A stretch of 64,000 nucleotides of DNA from contig CAWEPZ010000002.1 of assembly GCA_963811105.1 (NCBI GenBank), positions 32,001-96,000 of the forward strand. The letters run 5' to 3'. The stretch is from Candidatus Bathyarchaeota archaeon (GTDB taxonomy: Archaea; Thermoproteota; Bathyarchaeia; Bathyarchaeales; Bathycorpusculaceae). The number at the start of each line of letters is the position of its first letter. Position 1 is the stretch's first letter. A program made the translations under genes and the position numbers. Shown here one piece after another: positions 42,155-52,237 of this stretch. The notes beneath the pieces were generated by a model, which saw nothing but the letters and a program-made list of their open reading frames with translations, ran no database searches and was not told the DNA's origin.

Positions 42155-42982
42155 TCAAAGTTTTAGGGTTTGTTCTATATCAGACTTAGACCCAACACCA
42201 GGCACCGAAGCAACAATCTCAACATCCCGCTCATTAGCAACGACTTCATCCTGCACACTGACAAACGACCCCATCCTAGCTTCAATATCATGAATTCTTT
42301 CGTTCAAATGATTAACCGTATCCGTCAACTCTTTGAGCACAAAAATATCCTCTTCACTCAGAGCACCTCTAGCACAGCTTTGATCTCATCGCTTCTGTTC
42401 TTAAGCCAAGTATTCTGAGTCTGCTCCAAAACATCCTCAACTGTCTTACCTACCATTAAGCCTTCAAGGATTTCCTTTCCAGCTTTACCGAAAACATCCT
42501 TAAGCCTTGAACCAAGCCTGATGTTCACCCTGTTTAGAACTTTATGACAACGGTTCTTAAACGCCGTCCTTGTTTGCACAAATTTAGCCCTCATCCTAGT
42601 CAACTCACGCAGTTCCCGAACGCGCCTCTCAGGAACATAACTGGGCTTTATTTGTCCACCCAAAAGCAAATGTGCAAGCCACTCAGAGCTGGATTGATCT
42701 GTTTTACGACCCGGAATAGCTTTTACCTGATGCGCATTAGCCAAAGAAACCTCAAATTTCGACTCTTCCAGGGCCAAATATAGAGGAACCCAGTAAACGC
42801 TGGTTGACTCCATAACTGCCTGGTTGCATTCAGACGCTTTGAGCCATCCCTTAAAGGTGTCTATGCCCTCTTCGTCGTTCACAAAGTGTTTAGTTTCTTT
42901 TGATTTATCGTCGGTAAGAACGGTTGCTACTAGCAAATCGCGATGTACATCTACACCGCAAGCTTTCTTAGATTTACTAATT
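42155..42982 (-). mobile_element. IS110-family transposase pseudogene (frameshifted, 3'-truncated)
   Basis: ACGVDVH, MEST..YW, PGRKTD, LRELTR, SVPGVG motifs. The start codon after RBS GGAGGTGA appears mutated, the fourth catalytic Asp is replaced, there is a frameshift near 42375, and the C-terminal domain is absent. Confidence 0.9.
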
Positions 42983-42998
42983 TTCGTTCACCTCCATT

Positions 42999-43160
42999 TT
43001 TAGAGTCGCCAGAAGATGCTCCTTTTAGGCATTGTTAGCATTTTGCTATCCGAGCTCGGGGCTCATCCATCTAACCGCCAAAGGAGCGCAAAACATTTTG
43101 GGTTACGAGTTTTCAAAAAATCCTCAAAAACAAATCGATGTTCCTTCCAGCGTCTCTAAA
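42999..43160 (-). ncRNA. Putative IS110 bridge RNA (structured non-coding end)
   Basis: Closing stem 43143-43160 pairs with 42999-43016 and encloses two stem/internal-loop/hairpin arms immediately upstream of the IS110 transposase. Confidence 0.65.
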
Positions 43161-43396
43161 TAAAAGAAGAGATAATAAACCGAAAAGGCTTTTCATTTCA
43201 TTCTAAGAGCGCTGCGATAATTTGGGTTGCTTTTTTGATTTAGGATCTGTGGCGTTTTCAGGTTGCGTATAGAAAAGTATTGAAACGTTTGGAAAAGGTG
43301 CAAAAAGGCAATAAAAGGATTGAAAAGGTTAAATAAAGACAACGTCAACATATTGGAAAAAATTTGAAGAATAAACAAAAAAGAAGGGTTAGTTGT

Positions 43397-44323
43397 TTAT
43401 TTTGCAGCTGCCTTTGCAAGTTTCTTTAAAATTGCCTCTTTAGCGATGGTGTACGCGATTGAGTAGTCAAATAGTCCCTGCGGTTCGTTGGTTGCGCGTT
43501 TAATCATTTCTGTTTCTGTCTTGATTTTCAGTTTGCCAATGGCTAATGCGCCTATGCCGTAAACGCCTGGTTTGAGTTCTATGCCATCGTCATTTGAGCC
43601 TAAGCCTTCCACACCTACGGGTTTTATGGCGTTGATGTCAGCAACTATTTTGCAGGATGTACCAATCTGTGCAGCAGATAGAAGCTGTATTCCGCCTGCG
43701 CCTGCTGAAAGAATGATTTCTGCTTCTTTTGTTGCTTCTGCTGTTTGTTCGGGTTTTGTTACTTCGACAACTTTGACTCTTTGTGCTCCGACTTCTTGGT
43801 TGATTTTGTCGGCGACAGCTTGCCCTTTTGCTAATGTACGGGAGGTGATTGTTACGTTTGCTTTTTCTGCAGCGTATATTCTTGCGGCTGTTTGGCCGAC
43901 GGGGCCTGTGCCTGCGAGTACGGTGACTTTTTTGCCTTCAAGTGTGCCAAAGCTTTTCTCCATTGCCAATCCGAAGGTTTTTGCTACCGCTGCTGCTGCG
44001 GTTGAGTATCCGCCTCTTGGGTCAACAATTATGCTGTTTCCCCATGGGGCTGATTTCATAGCTTTCTGTGTTGCCTCAACTACTTTTTCAACCATTTCGA
44101 AGTTGCTTCCGTTGATGAAGACTTTGGTGTGTTTTGCTCCTTCAGGTCCTCGTGGAAACAGCATGTCGTAAACGATTTTTGGGGCATCTTCAGCTGTAAC
44201 ATTTTCGTATTTGAAAATCATAGAATCAGGAAAAGCGTCTATAGCTACTAGCATATCAAATGGGCTGCAATATTTGTCCGTGTCTAAGAAAACGAAAACT
44301 GTTTTGAAACTTGGTTGTGTCAA
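43397..44323 (-). CDS. NAD(P)-dependent methylene-tetrahydromethanopterin dehydrogenase-like protein (MtdA/MtdB family)
   Basis: SPFD..VA.DA, FPRGP, DPRGGYSTAAA, GTGPVG, DINA. Confidence 0.8.
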   Translation of the reverse strand: MTQPSFKTVFVFLDTDKYCSPFDMLVAIDAFPDSMIFKYENVTAEDAPKIVYDMLFPRGPEGAKHTKVFINGSNFEMVEKVVEATQKAMKSAPWGNSIIVDPRGGYSTAAAAVAKTFGLAMEKSFGTLEGKKVTVLAGTGPVGQTAARIYAAEKANVTITSRTLAKGQAVADKINQEVGAQRVKVVEVTKPEQTAEATKEAEIILSAGAGGIQLLSAAQIGTSCKIVADINAIKPVGVEGLGSNDDGIELKPGVYGIGALAIGKLKIKTETEMIKRATNEPQGLFDYSIAYTIAKEAILKKLAKAAAK

Positions 44324-44577
44324 TTTTCTACACCTTTAATCTCTGTGTGATGCGGTTTAACGATTTAAGAATTGTCTAGGTTTTTCTGTCGCTTAAAATT
44401 AGGAACTGTCCGGACTAACCTTACACAGCAAGGATTCCCCGCTGCAACATTTCCATTCTTGCTCGATTGACTTTGCAAAAACTACCACTCGCTGATGACG
44501 CAGAAATAGTCACGCACAGCAATTGTTTAATAAGTTAGCTTTCAAAGTTGTAGCTATAAAACCTAGAAGGTACGTAA

Positions 44578-45621
44578 TTGTCCATAAACGCAAATTTAGA
44601 GAAACTCTCAAACGCCTGCGGAGTAACAGGCAGAGAGGGCGAAGTCAAAGAATTAATGATTCGGTTAATGACACCCTATGCCGACGAGATAGTTGTAGAT
44701 AGACTTGAAAACGTAATAGCCATCAAAAAAGGCACACAAGACACCCCAAAAATCATGCTAGCCGCGCACATGGACGAAGTAGGCTTAATGGTAAAAACCA
44801 TAACAAAAGACGGCTTTTTACAATTCTCTAAAATGGGCGGAATCGACGACCGTATTCTGCCTGCTCAAAAAGTAACAGTTTTCTCCAGAAAAGGCATCTT
44901 TCCAGGCATAATCGGATCCAAACCGCCGCACATCCAAAAGGAAGAGGAGCGAAAAAAAATCATTGCTTCAGATGAGCTTTTCATTGACATCGGGGCACAG
45001 AGCAAGGATGATGCCTTAGCCTTGGGTATTTCGGTGGGAGATTCAGTAGGCTTTGACATAAAATACGTTCAATTAGGCAGAGATATTGTTATGGGCAAAG
45101 CTTTTGACAATCGTGCAGGTTGTGCTACAATGGTTGAAGCTCTCAAGTTAATGGGAAAAACAGATTATACAGTTTGCGCCGTGGGTACCGTTCAGGAAGA
45201 AGTAGGGTTACGTGGCGCAGCAACCGCAGCGTTCGGCGTTGACCCAGATCTCGCAATAGCACTAGATGTTACCATTGCGGGTGATGTACCCGGCGTAAGA
45301 GAATACGACACTAGCGTAAAGTTGGGAAAAGGACCGGCGCTTACCATTTCTGACTCAGGACTGATAACTCACCCTAAAATTCTACGGTGGCTGATGGACA
45401 CCGCTGAAGAGCAAAAAATTCCATTCCAAATTGAGGCAGGCTTGCTTGGATCAACTGACGCGGCGCGGATTAATTTAACACGGCAAGGAATTCCAAGCGG
45501 CAACATTTCAATCGTTACACGATACATTCACAGTCCAGTAGGAATGTTGTCCTTAAAGGACATAGAGAACTCAGCCAAATTGACAGTTGCAGCCATAAAA
45601 AACACATCAAAGTACTTCTAA
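44578..45621 (+). CDS. M42 family metallo-aminopeptidase (TET)
   Basis: AHMDEVG, KAFDNR, QEEVGLRGA, TDA, RYIHS. Confidence 0.93.
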   Translation: MSINANLEKLSNACGVTGREGEVKELMIRLMTPYADEIVVDRLENVIAIKKGTQDTPKIMLAAHMDEVGLMVKTITKDGFLQFSKMGGIDDRILPAQKVTVFSRKGIFPGIIGSKPPHIQKEEERKKIIASDELFIDIGAQSKDDALALGISVGDSVGFDIKYVQLGRDIVMGKAFDNRAGCATMVEALKLMGKTDYTVCAVGTVQEEVGLRGAATAAFGVDPDLAIALDVTIAGDVPGVREYDTSVKLGKGPALTISDSGLITHPKILRWLMDTAEEQKIPFQIEAGLLGSTDAARINLTRQGIPSGNISIVTRYIHSPVGMLSLKDIENSAKLTVAAIKNTSKYF

Positions 45622-45726
45622 ATAGTATCTATGTCTGTGGTTGAAATTTCTTACCATTGGATAATTATTCTTCGGAAGGAGTGGGACAAGGAAAGCGTTT
45701 TTTAGAGAATCCTTTCTAATTAGATA

Positions 45727-46185
45727 GTGATTTACATGAATGCGGAGCAGAAATTTGCAGGAAAATTTGAGTTTTTAGAACATACGGCGGACGTTTACAT
45801 TAGGGCGAATGGCAAGACAATGGAGGAAGCCTACGAAAATGCTGCTCTTGCAATGTTCGAGACCATGACCGACACCGACAAAATTGCTCAGACACAAGAA
45901 GAAATCGTTGAAGTGGAAGCTGAAGACCAATATGCGTTGCTTTATGATTGGCTTGAAGCGTTACTCGTAAAGTTTGAAACGGAAAACATGCTTTACTCAA
46001 AATTCCAAATTATAGAATGGACAGAAACGGCTGAAGACTTCAAGTTTAAAGCCAACGTGTGGGGAGAAAAATTTGATGCTCAAAAGCATCCGCAGAAAGT
46101 AGGTGTTAAAGCAGTGACTTATCATAGAATGGTCATAATAAGGGAAAGAGACCGTGTGGTCTTAGAGTTCATTTTGGACATTTAA
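45727..46185 (+). CDS. Archease
   Basis: FLEHTADV...VKAVTYH...LDI. Confidence 0.95.
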   Translation: MIYMNAEQKFAGKFEFLEHTADVYIRANGKTMEEAYENAALAMFETMTDTDKIAQTQEEIVEVEAEDQYALLYDWLEALLVKFETENMLYSKFQIIEWTETAEDFKFKANVWGEKFDAQKHPQKVGVKAVTYHRMVIIRERDRVVLEFILDI

Positions 46186-46835
46186 GCCAATTTGAGTTTT
46201 TTTAGTTCTGATATTATTTCTTCTACAATTGGTTCTGGCGGTTGAATAAGGTCTGTCGTAGTTACTTTAATTGAGGGCACACTATTCTTCTTAAAATGTT
46301 CCAGCAACGGTTTTGTTTGTTCTTGGTAGACTTGGTGTCTTTTCTTTATTACTTCAGGATTGTCATCTGACCGCAGGTACAAGGGTCCTCCGCATTTGTC
46401 GCAGACGCCTTCAACTTTCGGTTTTAAGAAGCGAATGTTGTAGACTGTTCCGCAATTTCTGCATATTCTCCGCGAAGATAAGCGTTCAATAATTATCCAG
46501 TCTGGAACGTCTAGCAACAATATAACGTCAATTTTGGTAATTACATCAAGAATTTTGGCTTGTTCAGGTGTTCTTGGGAAGCCGTCCAGAATGAAGCCTT
46601 TTTCTTCTGGAATTTTGCTTAAGCGTTTTTTCAGTACTTCTACGACAATCTCGTCTGGGACAAGTAGCCCCTTTTCTACGTAGCCTTTGACTTTTCTGCC
46701 TAGCTCTGAATCTTCCTTCATTAATTCACGGAAAATATCACCTGTTGCGATGACTTCAACGCCGAGTTTTTGTTGAAGCCTTGATGCATATGTGCCTTTC
46801 CCTGCGCCTGGCGCTCCGAACATTATTGCCTTCAT
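46182..46835 (-). CDS. adk: Adenylate kinase (bacterial type, Zn-LID)
   Basis: GAPGAGKGT, LDGFPRT, CRNC...CDKC LID, RSDD. Confidence 0.93.
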   Translation of the reverse strand: MKAIMFGAPGAGKGTYASRLQQKLGVEVIATGDIFRELMKEDSELGRKVKGYVEKGLLVPDEIVVEVLKKRLSKIPEEKGFILDGFPRTPEQAKILDVITKIDVILLLDVPDWIIIERLSSRRICRNCGTVYNIRFLKPKVEGVCDKCGGPLYLRSDDNPEVIKKRHQVYQEQTKPLLEHFKKNSVPSIKVTTTDLIQPPEPIVEEIISELKKLKLA

Positions 46836-46967
46836 TTTTCATTTGCCTCCTTTTTAGCCCCTCGTTTAGAAATAAGCATGTTTTAATAAATTTTGCGCGT
46901 TGCGCAGCTCAATCCATGGAAACATTTATGATTTAACCCGCTTATCAAAGTTAGCCGAGGTGAAGCT

Positions 46968-47879
46968 TTGTACACAAAAGAAATCGGCAAAAACCTGTAC
47001 TTAGTCGAGTTGAACACTGGAGGCTTCAAAAACCTAATTTGCAGTTACGTTATAAAAGGGCTCAAAACAGTTCTTGTAGAGTCTGGCCCAACTTCTTCAG
47101 TTCCTAATCTGATTGATGGGTTAAAAGAACTCGATGTAAAATTTGAGGATGTTGAATACATTGCCATTACTCATATTCACTTAGACCATGGTGGCGGAGT
47201 GGGCACACTTCTAAAATATTTACCAAACGCTAAAGTTATAGTTCATCCCAGAGGCATGCCTCACCTTATTAACCCCGATAGGCTTTGGACCTCAGCGCAA
47301 GAGGTTCTTGGAGTTGTAAGCGAAATTTTCGGGAAACCTGAACCTGTTCCACGAGAAAAAATAATTCCCGTTAACGATGGAACTTTTTGTTTAGATGGTG
47401 GCGTCAAACTGAGCGTTATTGAAACGGTCGGTCATGCCTCACACAACATCAGCTTTCAGGAATCATTAAATGGAGGTGTTTTTCCTGGCGATGCTGCTGG
47501 TACTTATTTTCCAGAGTTCGATGTTGTCATGCCAACTACGCCTCCTCCTTTTTACCTTGACGAAGCACTAGCATCATTAGACAAACTAATCAGTCTCAAA
47601 CCCACAGTTTTGTATTATAGCCATTTTGGGAAAGCTTCAAACGGAGTTCCACGCCTGAAAGATTACAAGTTGCAGCTCCAGCTGTGGGCAAAAATTGCGG
47701 AGGAAGGAATGAAAGAAAACTGGACGCTTGAGCAGATTCGCGATAAGATTGTTGTCGAAGACTTGGTTTTGCGCCAGATTGTGGGTTTTGTTAAGGCTCA
47801 CCCTATTTACTCGAAAACAATTCTGGAAAACTGCGTCAAAGGTTTTATCGATTACGCCAAACATAAACAGGGTTTGTAA
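46968..47879 (+). CDS. MBL-fold metallo-hydrolase
   Basis: THIHLDHGGG, GHA, GD, SHFG. Confidence 0.9.
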   Translation: MYTKEIGKNLYLVELNTGGFKNLICSYVIKGLKTVLVESGPTSSVPNLIDGLKELDVKFEDVEYIAITHIHLDHGGGVGTLLKYLPNAKVIVHPRGMPHLINPDRLWTSAQEVLGVVSEIFGKPEPVPREKIIPVNDGTFCLDGGVKLSVIETVGHASHNISFQESLNGGVFPGDAAGTYFPEFDVVMPTTPPPFYLDEALASLDKLISLKPTVLYYSHFGKASNGVPRLKDYKLQLQLWAKIAEEGMKENWTLEQIRDKIVVEDLVLRQIVGFVKAHPIYSKTILENCVKGFIDYAKHKQGL

Positions 47880-47924
47880 ACGTTTATAATGTCATTTATC
47901 TTTTGTTTGAAAAGGTGAAGATTT

Positions 47925-49403
47925 TTGGGTGAAAGTGAAAGCAGAGCGGCTCCTGAGAAAATACCGCTTGAAAAAGTTAATGATTACATGTGGCGGATCC
48001 CCAATTACAAGTCTGCCATGAGAGTTCCAGGCATGGTTTTCGCAAATGAATTTTTATTAGAAAAAATGAAGACTGACCGCACACTTTGGCAGTGCTCAAA
48101 TGTAACTCAGCTGCCTGGAATCTATAAGTACGCAGTAACTTTGCCTGATGGGCATGAAGGCTATGGTTTTCCCATTGGAGGTGTTGCAGCAACCGACTAT
48201 GAAGAAGGCGTTATCAGCCCTGGAGGCGTGGGCTACGACATTAACTGTGGCGTACGCCTCTTGGCCACAACGCTCATTGAAAAAGATATCCGTCCCAAAC
48301 TTGCACCATTAGCTGAAACTATTTTCCGTAATGTACCTTCTGGACTTGGAAGTCGCCGCAAAGACCTCACAATTTCCAATTCAGACCTTGATCATATTGC
48401 TGTTGAGGGTGTAAACTGGCTTATTAAACGCGGGTTCGGTTGGTCAGAAGACGCTGATCACTGTGAAGAACAAGGCTGTATGACTAATGCAGATCCAAAC
48501 AAGGTTTCATCAACGGCCAAGAGCCGAGGATTAACTCAAATTGGAACTTTAGGTTCAGGAAACCATTTCTTAGAAATACAAAAAGTAGATAAAATTTTCA
48601 ATTCCAAAACAGCTAAGGTTTTTGGAATCACTCAGGAAGGTCAAGTAACTGTAATGATTCATTGTGGCTCAAGAGGCTACGGACATCAGGTTTGTTCTGA
48701 CTACCTGCGAGTTATGGAGCATGCAGTGCAAAAGTATAAGATAACTCTGCCTGATCGAGAATTAGCTTGTGCGCCTGGACAGAGTAATGAAGCGCGCGAT
48801 TACTTTCAAGCAATGGCTTGTGCTGTCAACTTTGCGTTTTCTAACAGGCAGGCAATTATGCATTGGGTTAGACAAAGTTTTCAGCAAGTTTTTCATGAAT
48901 CTCCAGAAAAATTCGGGCTAAAACTCGTTTACGACGTAACCCATAACATTGCCAAAATCGAAAATCACAAGATTGATGGCGGAGAAAAAAAGGTTTGGGT
49001 TCATCGCAAAGGGGCGACGCGGGCTTTCCCACCTGGGCATCCAGATATCCCAACTGATTACTGTAGTGAAGGGCAACCTGTGCTTATTCCGGGAAGCATG
49101 GGCACGAGCTCATGGGTTTTGGCAGGTTCGCAGAAAGCTATGGAGTTAACATTTGGCTCTACAGCACATGGCGCTGGGAGAATGATGAGCCGCTCAGCAG
49201 CAAAAAGGCAGTATTGGGGAGCAGACATAAAGGCTGGGCTAGAAAAACGCGGCATCATTGTTCGCGCTGCTAGCGCATCGGTTTTGGCTGAAGAAGCAGA
49301 TCCCGCATACAAAAACGTTGATATCGTTGCTGAAGTTAGTGATAAAGTTGGAATCGCTACTAAAGTTGCACGGCTTGTTCCATTAGCAGTTGTTAAGGGC
49401 TAA
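47925..49403 (+). CDS. rtcB: tRNA-splicing ligase RtcB
   Basis: PDGH, GYDINCG, GSGNHF, HNIA, HRKGAT, HGAGR. Confidence 0.97.
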   Translation: MGESESRAAPEKIPLEKVNDYMWRIPNYKSAMRVPGMVFANEFLLEKMKTDRTLWQCSNVTQLPGIYKYAVTLPDGHEGYGFPIGGVAATDYEEGVISPGGVGYDINCGVRLLATTLIEKDIRPKLAPLAETIFRNVPSGLGSRRKDLTISNSDLDHIAVEGVNWLIKRGFGWSEDADHCEEQGCMTNADPNKVSSTAKSRGLTQIGTLGSGNHFLEIQKVDKIFNSKTAKVFGITQEGQVTVMIHCGSRGYGHQVCSDYLRVMEHAVQKYKITLPDRELACAPGQSNEARDYFQAMACAVNFAFSNRQAIMHWVRQSFQQVFHESPEKFGLKLVYDVTHNIAKIENHKIDGGEKKVWVHRKGATRAFPPGHPDIPTDYCSEGQPVLIPGSMGTSSWVLAGSQKAMELTFGSTAHGAGRMMSRSAAKRQYWGADIKAGLEKRGIIVRAASASVLAEEADPAYKNVDIVAEVSDKVGIATKVARLVPLAVVKG

Positions 49404-49419
49404 TATTTCCTGCTAAAGG

Positions 49420-49648
49420 TTACTTTCTTTTTCTTAGGAAATTAGCCCGTCTTTTTCTATATCCATTCGATGCTCACTTCTAGGTGGTCAGTTATTTCTT
49501 CTTGAGTTTTGGCTACTTTTTACAGTGAGGCATCCGGTTCCTATTGGAAGAGAGCTTCAGCAATTTGGATGTACAAGGTTGCAGTGCCTATTTTTTTGTG
49601 TCCGAGTAGTTCCTTAAAGTGAAGTATGTATTTGGTTTGATGAAGCAG
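49420..49648 (-). pseudogene. C-terminal remnant of a tyrosine recombinase/integrase
   Basis: HQTKYILHFKELLGHKKIGTATLYIQ (box II LLGH...Y), then KVAKTQEEI...RKRK* with several stops. Confidence 0.7.
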
Positions 49649-49846
49649 CTAGACTTGCAAGGATGGCTGAAATCCTTTAAAATGCATATGTAGCTTAGAT
49701 TCAACCGGTTTTCTGATTCAAAAAATTTTAAGATAACAGATTAGAATTTTAAGAGTTTCCCTTTTCTAAAAAATATAGATAGTGCCTAAACATTATTGCA
49801 AATAGTAAGGTAACTTTTTTATTTGTGAGTCAGATAGTAAGAAAAC

Positions 49847-50074
49847 ATGGAAATATTTCTCTTTGTGTTTGGCGTATTATTAGTTATACTTGGGTTGCCG
49901 CTTTGTTTTTTATGTGAGCTTCAAACGTTTTGGAGAAAAAGGTCAAAAAGCAAAAATGGTCAAACCGAAAAAATTGGTTATCAACATAGAATATTGAATC
50001 GAAGTGTTGGTTTAGCTTTAATATTGATTGGTGTTATCCTGATAATTCTTAGTTTTGCAGGTGCAGCTATCTAA
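49847..50074 (+). CDS. Small two-TM membrane protein
   Basis: Two hydrophobic helices around a basic loop. Confidence 0.55.
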   Translation: MEIFLFVFGVLLVILGLPLCFLCELQTFWRKRSKSKNGQTEKIGYQHRILNRSVGLALILIGVILIILSFAGAAI

Positions 50075-50242
50075 AAAATCGAGTCATTAATTGGATTAAC
50101 TAAGTTATTTCAAAGTGTCTAAATGCCTCTTTGGTGCGTCTAGAACTGTTTCTTTTACTTTTTCTAAGCTGTTTTTAGCAAAATTTTATCAGTTTTTTTT
50201 GAGGGTCAACAGTTCTATTATTACATTCAAGGAGGTGAACTT

Positions 50243-50403
50243 ATGGCAAAATGTCCCAAGTATGGAAAGGAGTTGCTTCAAAAAAATCTTGGAAGATGGC
50301 TGGCAGACCTGTCTAAGCTAGAAAGAGAATGGAGTTTACAGTTGGCTTGTGCTAGTGCTGTGGCAAAACCTTCAGGACGATAATCAGCAAGCAGAAAATC
50401 TGA
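50243..50403 (+). pseudogene. Cren7-like chromatin protein pseudogene
   Basis: RBS GGAGGTGA, then MAKCPK(Y)GKE / KKSWKMAGRP...FTVGL..CCGKTFRTIISKQKI* with a frameshift and two stops. Confidence 0.65.
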
Positions 50404-50656
50404 TTTGCTGAAAAAAGACAATCTTTATTTTTTGGATTTAACCGTTTTTATGATTAGAGCCTTCTGCACAAAACAAGCAAATTGTATTTTGCAAAAACCG
50501 TTACCTTAGGTAGGCGAAATAAGCGCATCTTACATCAGGCATTAAAGATGAGTTCAATAGAAGAAGACCAGCAGAAAAGGAGATACAAAAAAGATAGTTC
50601 TAAACAATTGGTGTTGCTGCTGCTTGAAAATCCTAACGTTAAAATTGTTAGTAATT

Positions 50657-51400
50657 TTACGGAATCTGAGGAAATTTTGGGTGGCCAACCACGCTAAGGC
50701 AGATTGCGCTCTCTTCTGTTCCGTCTATATCCACTATTGAATTAATTTCATCGTCAAAGAAAGCCCCAGCGTGGCAGGATCCGCAAGTGATGCTTACCGC
50801 TGCCAATGCCAAATTTTGCGCTATGTGTCCTGCGTCTAAATAGATGTATCGGTAGGCTCTCTGTGAGTATTTCCACTTTGATCTTCTAAAGATGGCTGTC
50901 CAGATAAAGACAACGGATGCGTGTGCGCACATTTCTTGGTCTAGGGCTGCGTGGGCTAATTTGTCGCCAAAATTTCCAAGTTTTATTTCTTCCAACGAAT
51001 TATTCTTTATGTTGTAGTGATAAATGCCTTCCTTTAGTTCTTCTACGTTGTTGGCAGCTATGTATGTCTCGATTGGATATAATGCTCCAGCCGACGGAGC
51101 AGTACGGAATTCATAATCGTGCTCTATTCTTTGGATGCCTGTGGATGCCCAAAGAAGAAAGGCCAAATCGACCTTGCTTAACGGTTGAGTTGAGAAGGAG
51201 CGGTTGCTCTTACGTTCTAGAATAACTTCAGTGAAGTTAGAAGTTGATTCTTGAAACTTACTTGGCAGCTGAACAGTTTTACTGGATGGATAGCTCTTAT
51301 AGGTTTCAGGCTTATTTGCCCAGTCCAGGTTACGACCAAGGCTTTTGTTGCGCATGTACTTTGTTTCTGTTTGGAAATCGTCTCCAACGTTTTTTCCCAC
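50657..51400 (-). CDS. SagB/ThcOx family dehydrogenase (nitroreductase fold)
   Basis: RKSNRSF, RTAPSAGALYP, LDAGHIAQN, GAFFD; likely GTG start at 51400. Confidence 0.9.
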   Translation of the reverse strand: MGKNVGDDFQTETKYMRNKSLGRNLDWANKPETYKSYPSSKTVQLPSKFQESTSNFTEVILERKSNRSFSTQPLSKVDLAFLLWASTGIQRIEHDYEFRTAPSAGALYPIETYIAANNVEELKEGIYHYNIKNNSLEEIKLGNFGDKLAHAALDQEMCAHASVVFIWTAIFRRSKWKYSQRAYRYIYLDAGHIAQNLALAAVSITCGSCHAGAFFDDEINSIVDIDGTEESAICLSVVGHPKFPQIP

Positions 51401-51800
51401 TATCTGCACCTTCTTAAAACAGCTTTCTAAATATTTAATCAGCTGGAAAACAGTATTTATTGATTTGCTAAAACCAAGTCTCAATTTGCTCTAACATCTG
51501 AAAAACATTTCAACTGATCAACCTGAATTTCGTTTTACTTTCAATCGATGGCAGAGTTCTTTAACTTCAGCTATCCATGCAGTTTGCGGTCAGAAGCCAG
51601 GGGTGCTTTCAATATAGGCTTGGGTTTCTCGGTTAGTTGCCATAAGTAGTGGGCATCCTCCTTCTTAAACGCCCATAGAAGTCAATAAGAAGCAAGCAAT
51701 CTCCCTCTTTTTCTTTAACTATCCAACCAAAAGGGGCTATCCAAGTTTTTCATTGATAAATCTTAAATCTGTAAAGCACAGAAAGAAGACTGACTGATTT

Positions 51801-51983
51801 ATGAAGTGCCCTGCTTGCGGTAAAATGCTTGAACGAATTGAAGGTGTATGCGGCGAGTATATCTGTATTAATTCTGAATGTTTAGAAAACAAGAAAACAC
51901 CAGGGCAGAGACACGCGAAGTTTTATGGACTTACTCAAGCAGAAATTTACACTAACTATCGCACAGCCCTTCCCAAAAAGTAG
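51801..51983 (+). CDS. Small CPxCG zinc-finger protein
   Basis: MKCPACG...YICINSEC. Confidence 0.55.
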   Translation: MKCPACGKMLERIEGVCGEYICINSECLENKKTPGQRHAKFYGLTQAEIYTNYRTALPKK

Positions 51984-52237
51984 AAGGATGATCGCTCGTC
52001 TCTTGGAACTTGTATTCTGCAGCGTCAAGTTCCTTGTTGTGTTTGCATTTATGTCATCTTTGATTCTTTCACCAAGTTTGCTTAAAAATGGCTTTTGCGA
52101 ATGAAATCGACTAGAGCCCTAAGAATACGCCCTTCCCGCCACCAATTTGTTGGGAAAACCAAAAAAATTTTGGAAAAAGAATATAAGTGAGGCACGGCCG
52201 TGCTGTAGTAAATTTGCACTTAAGCAGAGGTGAGTAA

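Noticed and set aside
43572-44171. 199-aa antisense ORF, and the many other short ORFs overlapping known genes
   Set aside because: Shadow frames of well-supported genes on the opposite strand or another frame; no motifs.
50243-50403. Stop-codon readthrough (Sec/Pyl) as the explanation for the in-frame stops
   Set aside because: The stops are mixed TAA and TAG and come with a frameshift, which fits ordinary decay.
50657-51400. SagB-like gene as a sign of a RiPP (azole peptide) cluster
   Set aside because: No YcaO, precursor peptide or transporter nearby; stand-alone SagB-like nitroreductases are common in archaea.
52004-52033. Hairpin GGAACTTG...CAAGTTCC
   Set aside because: A single 8-bp stem followed by a T-rich tract; at most a terminator, not enough to call an ncRNA.
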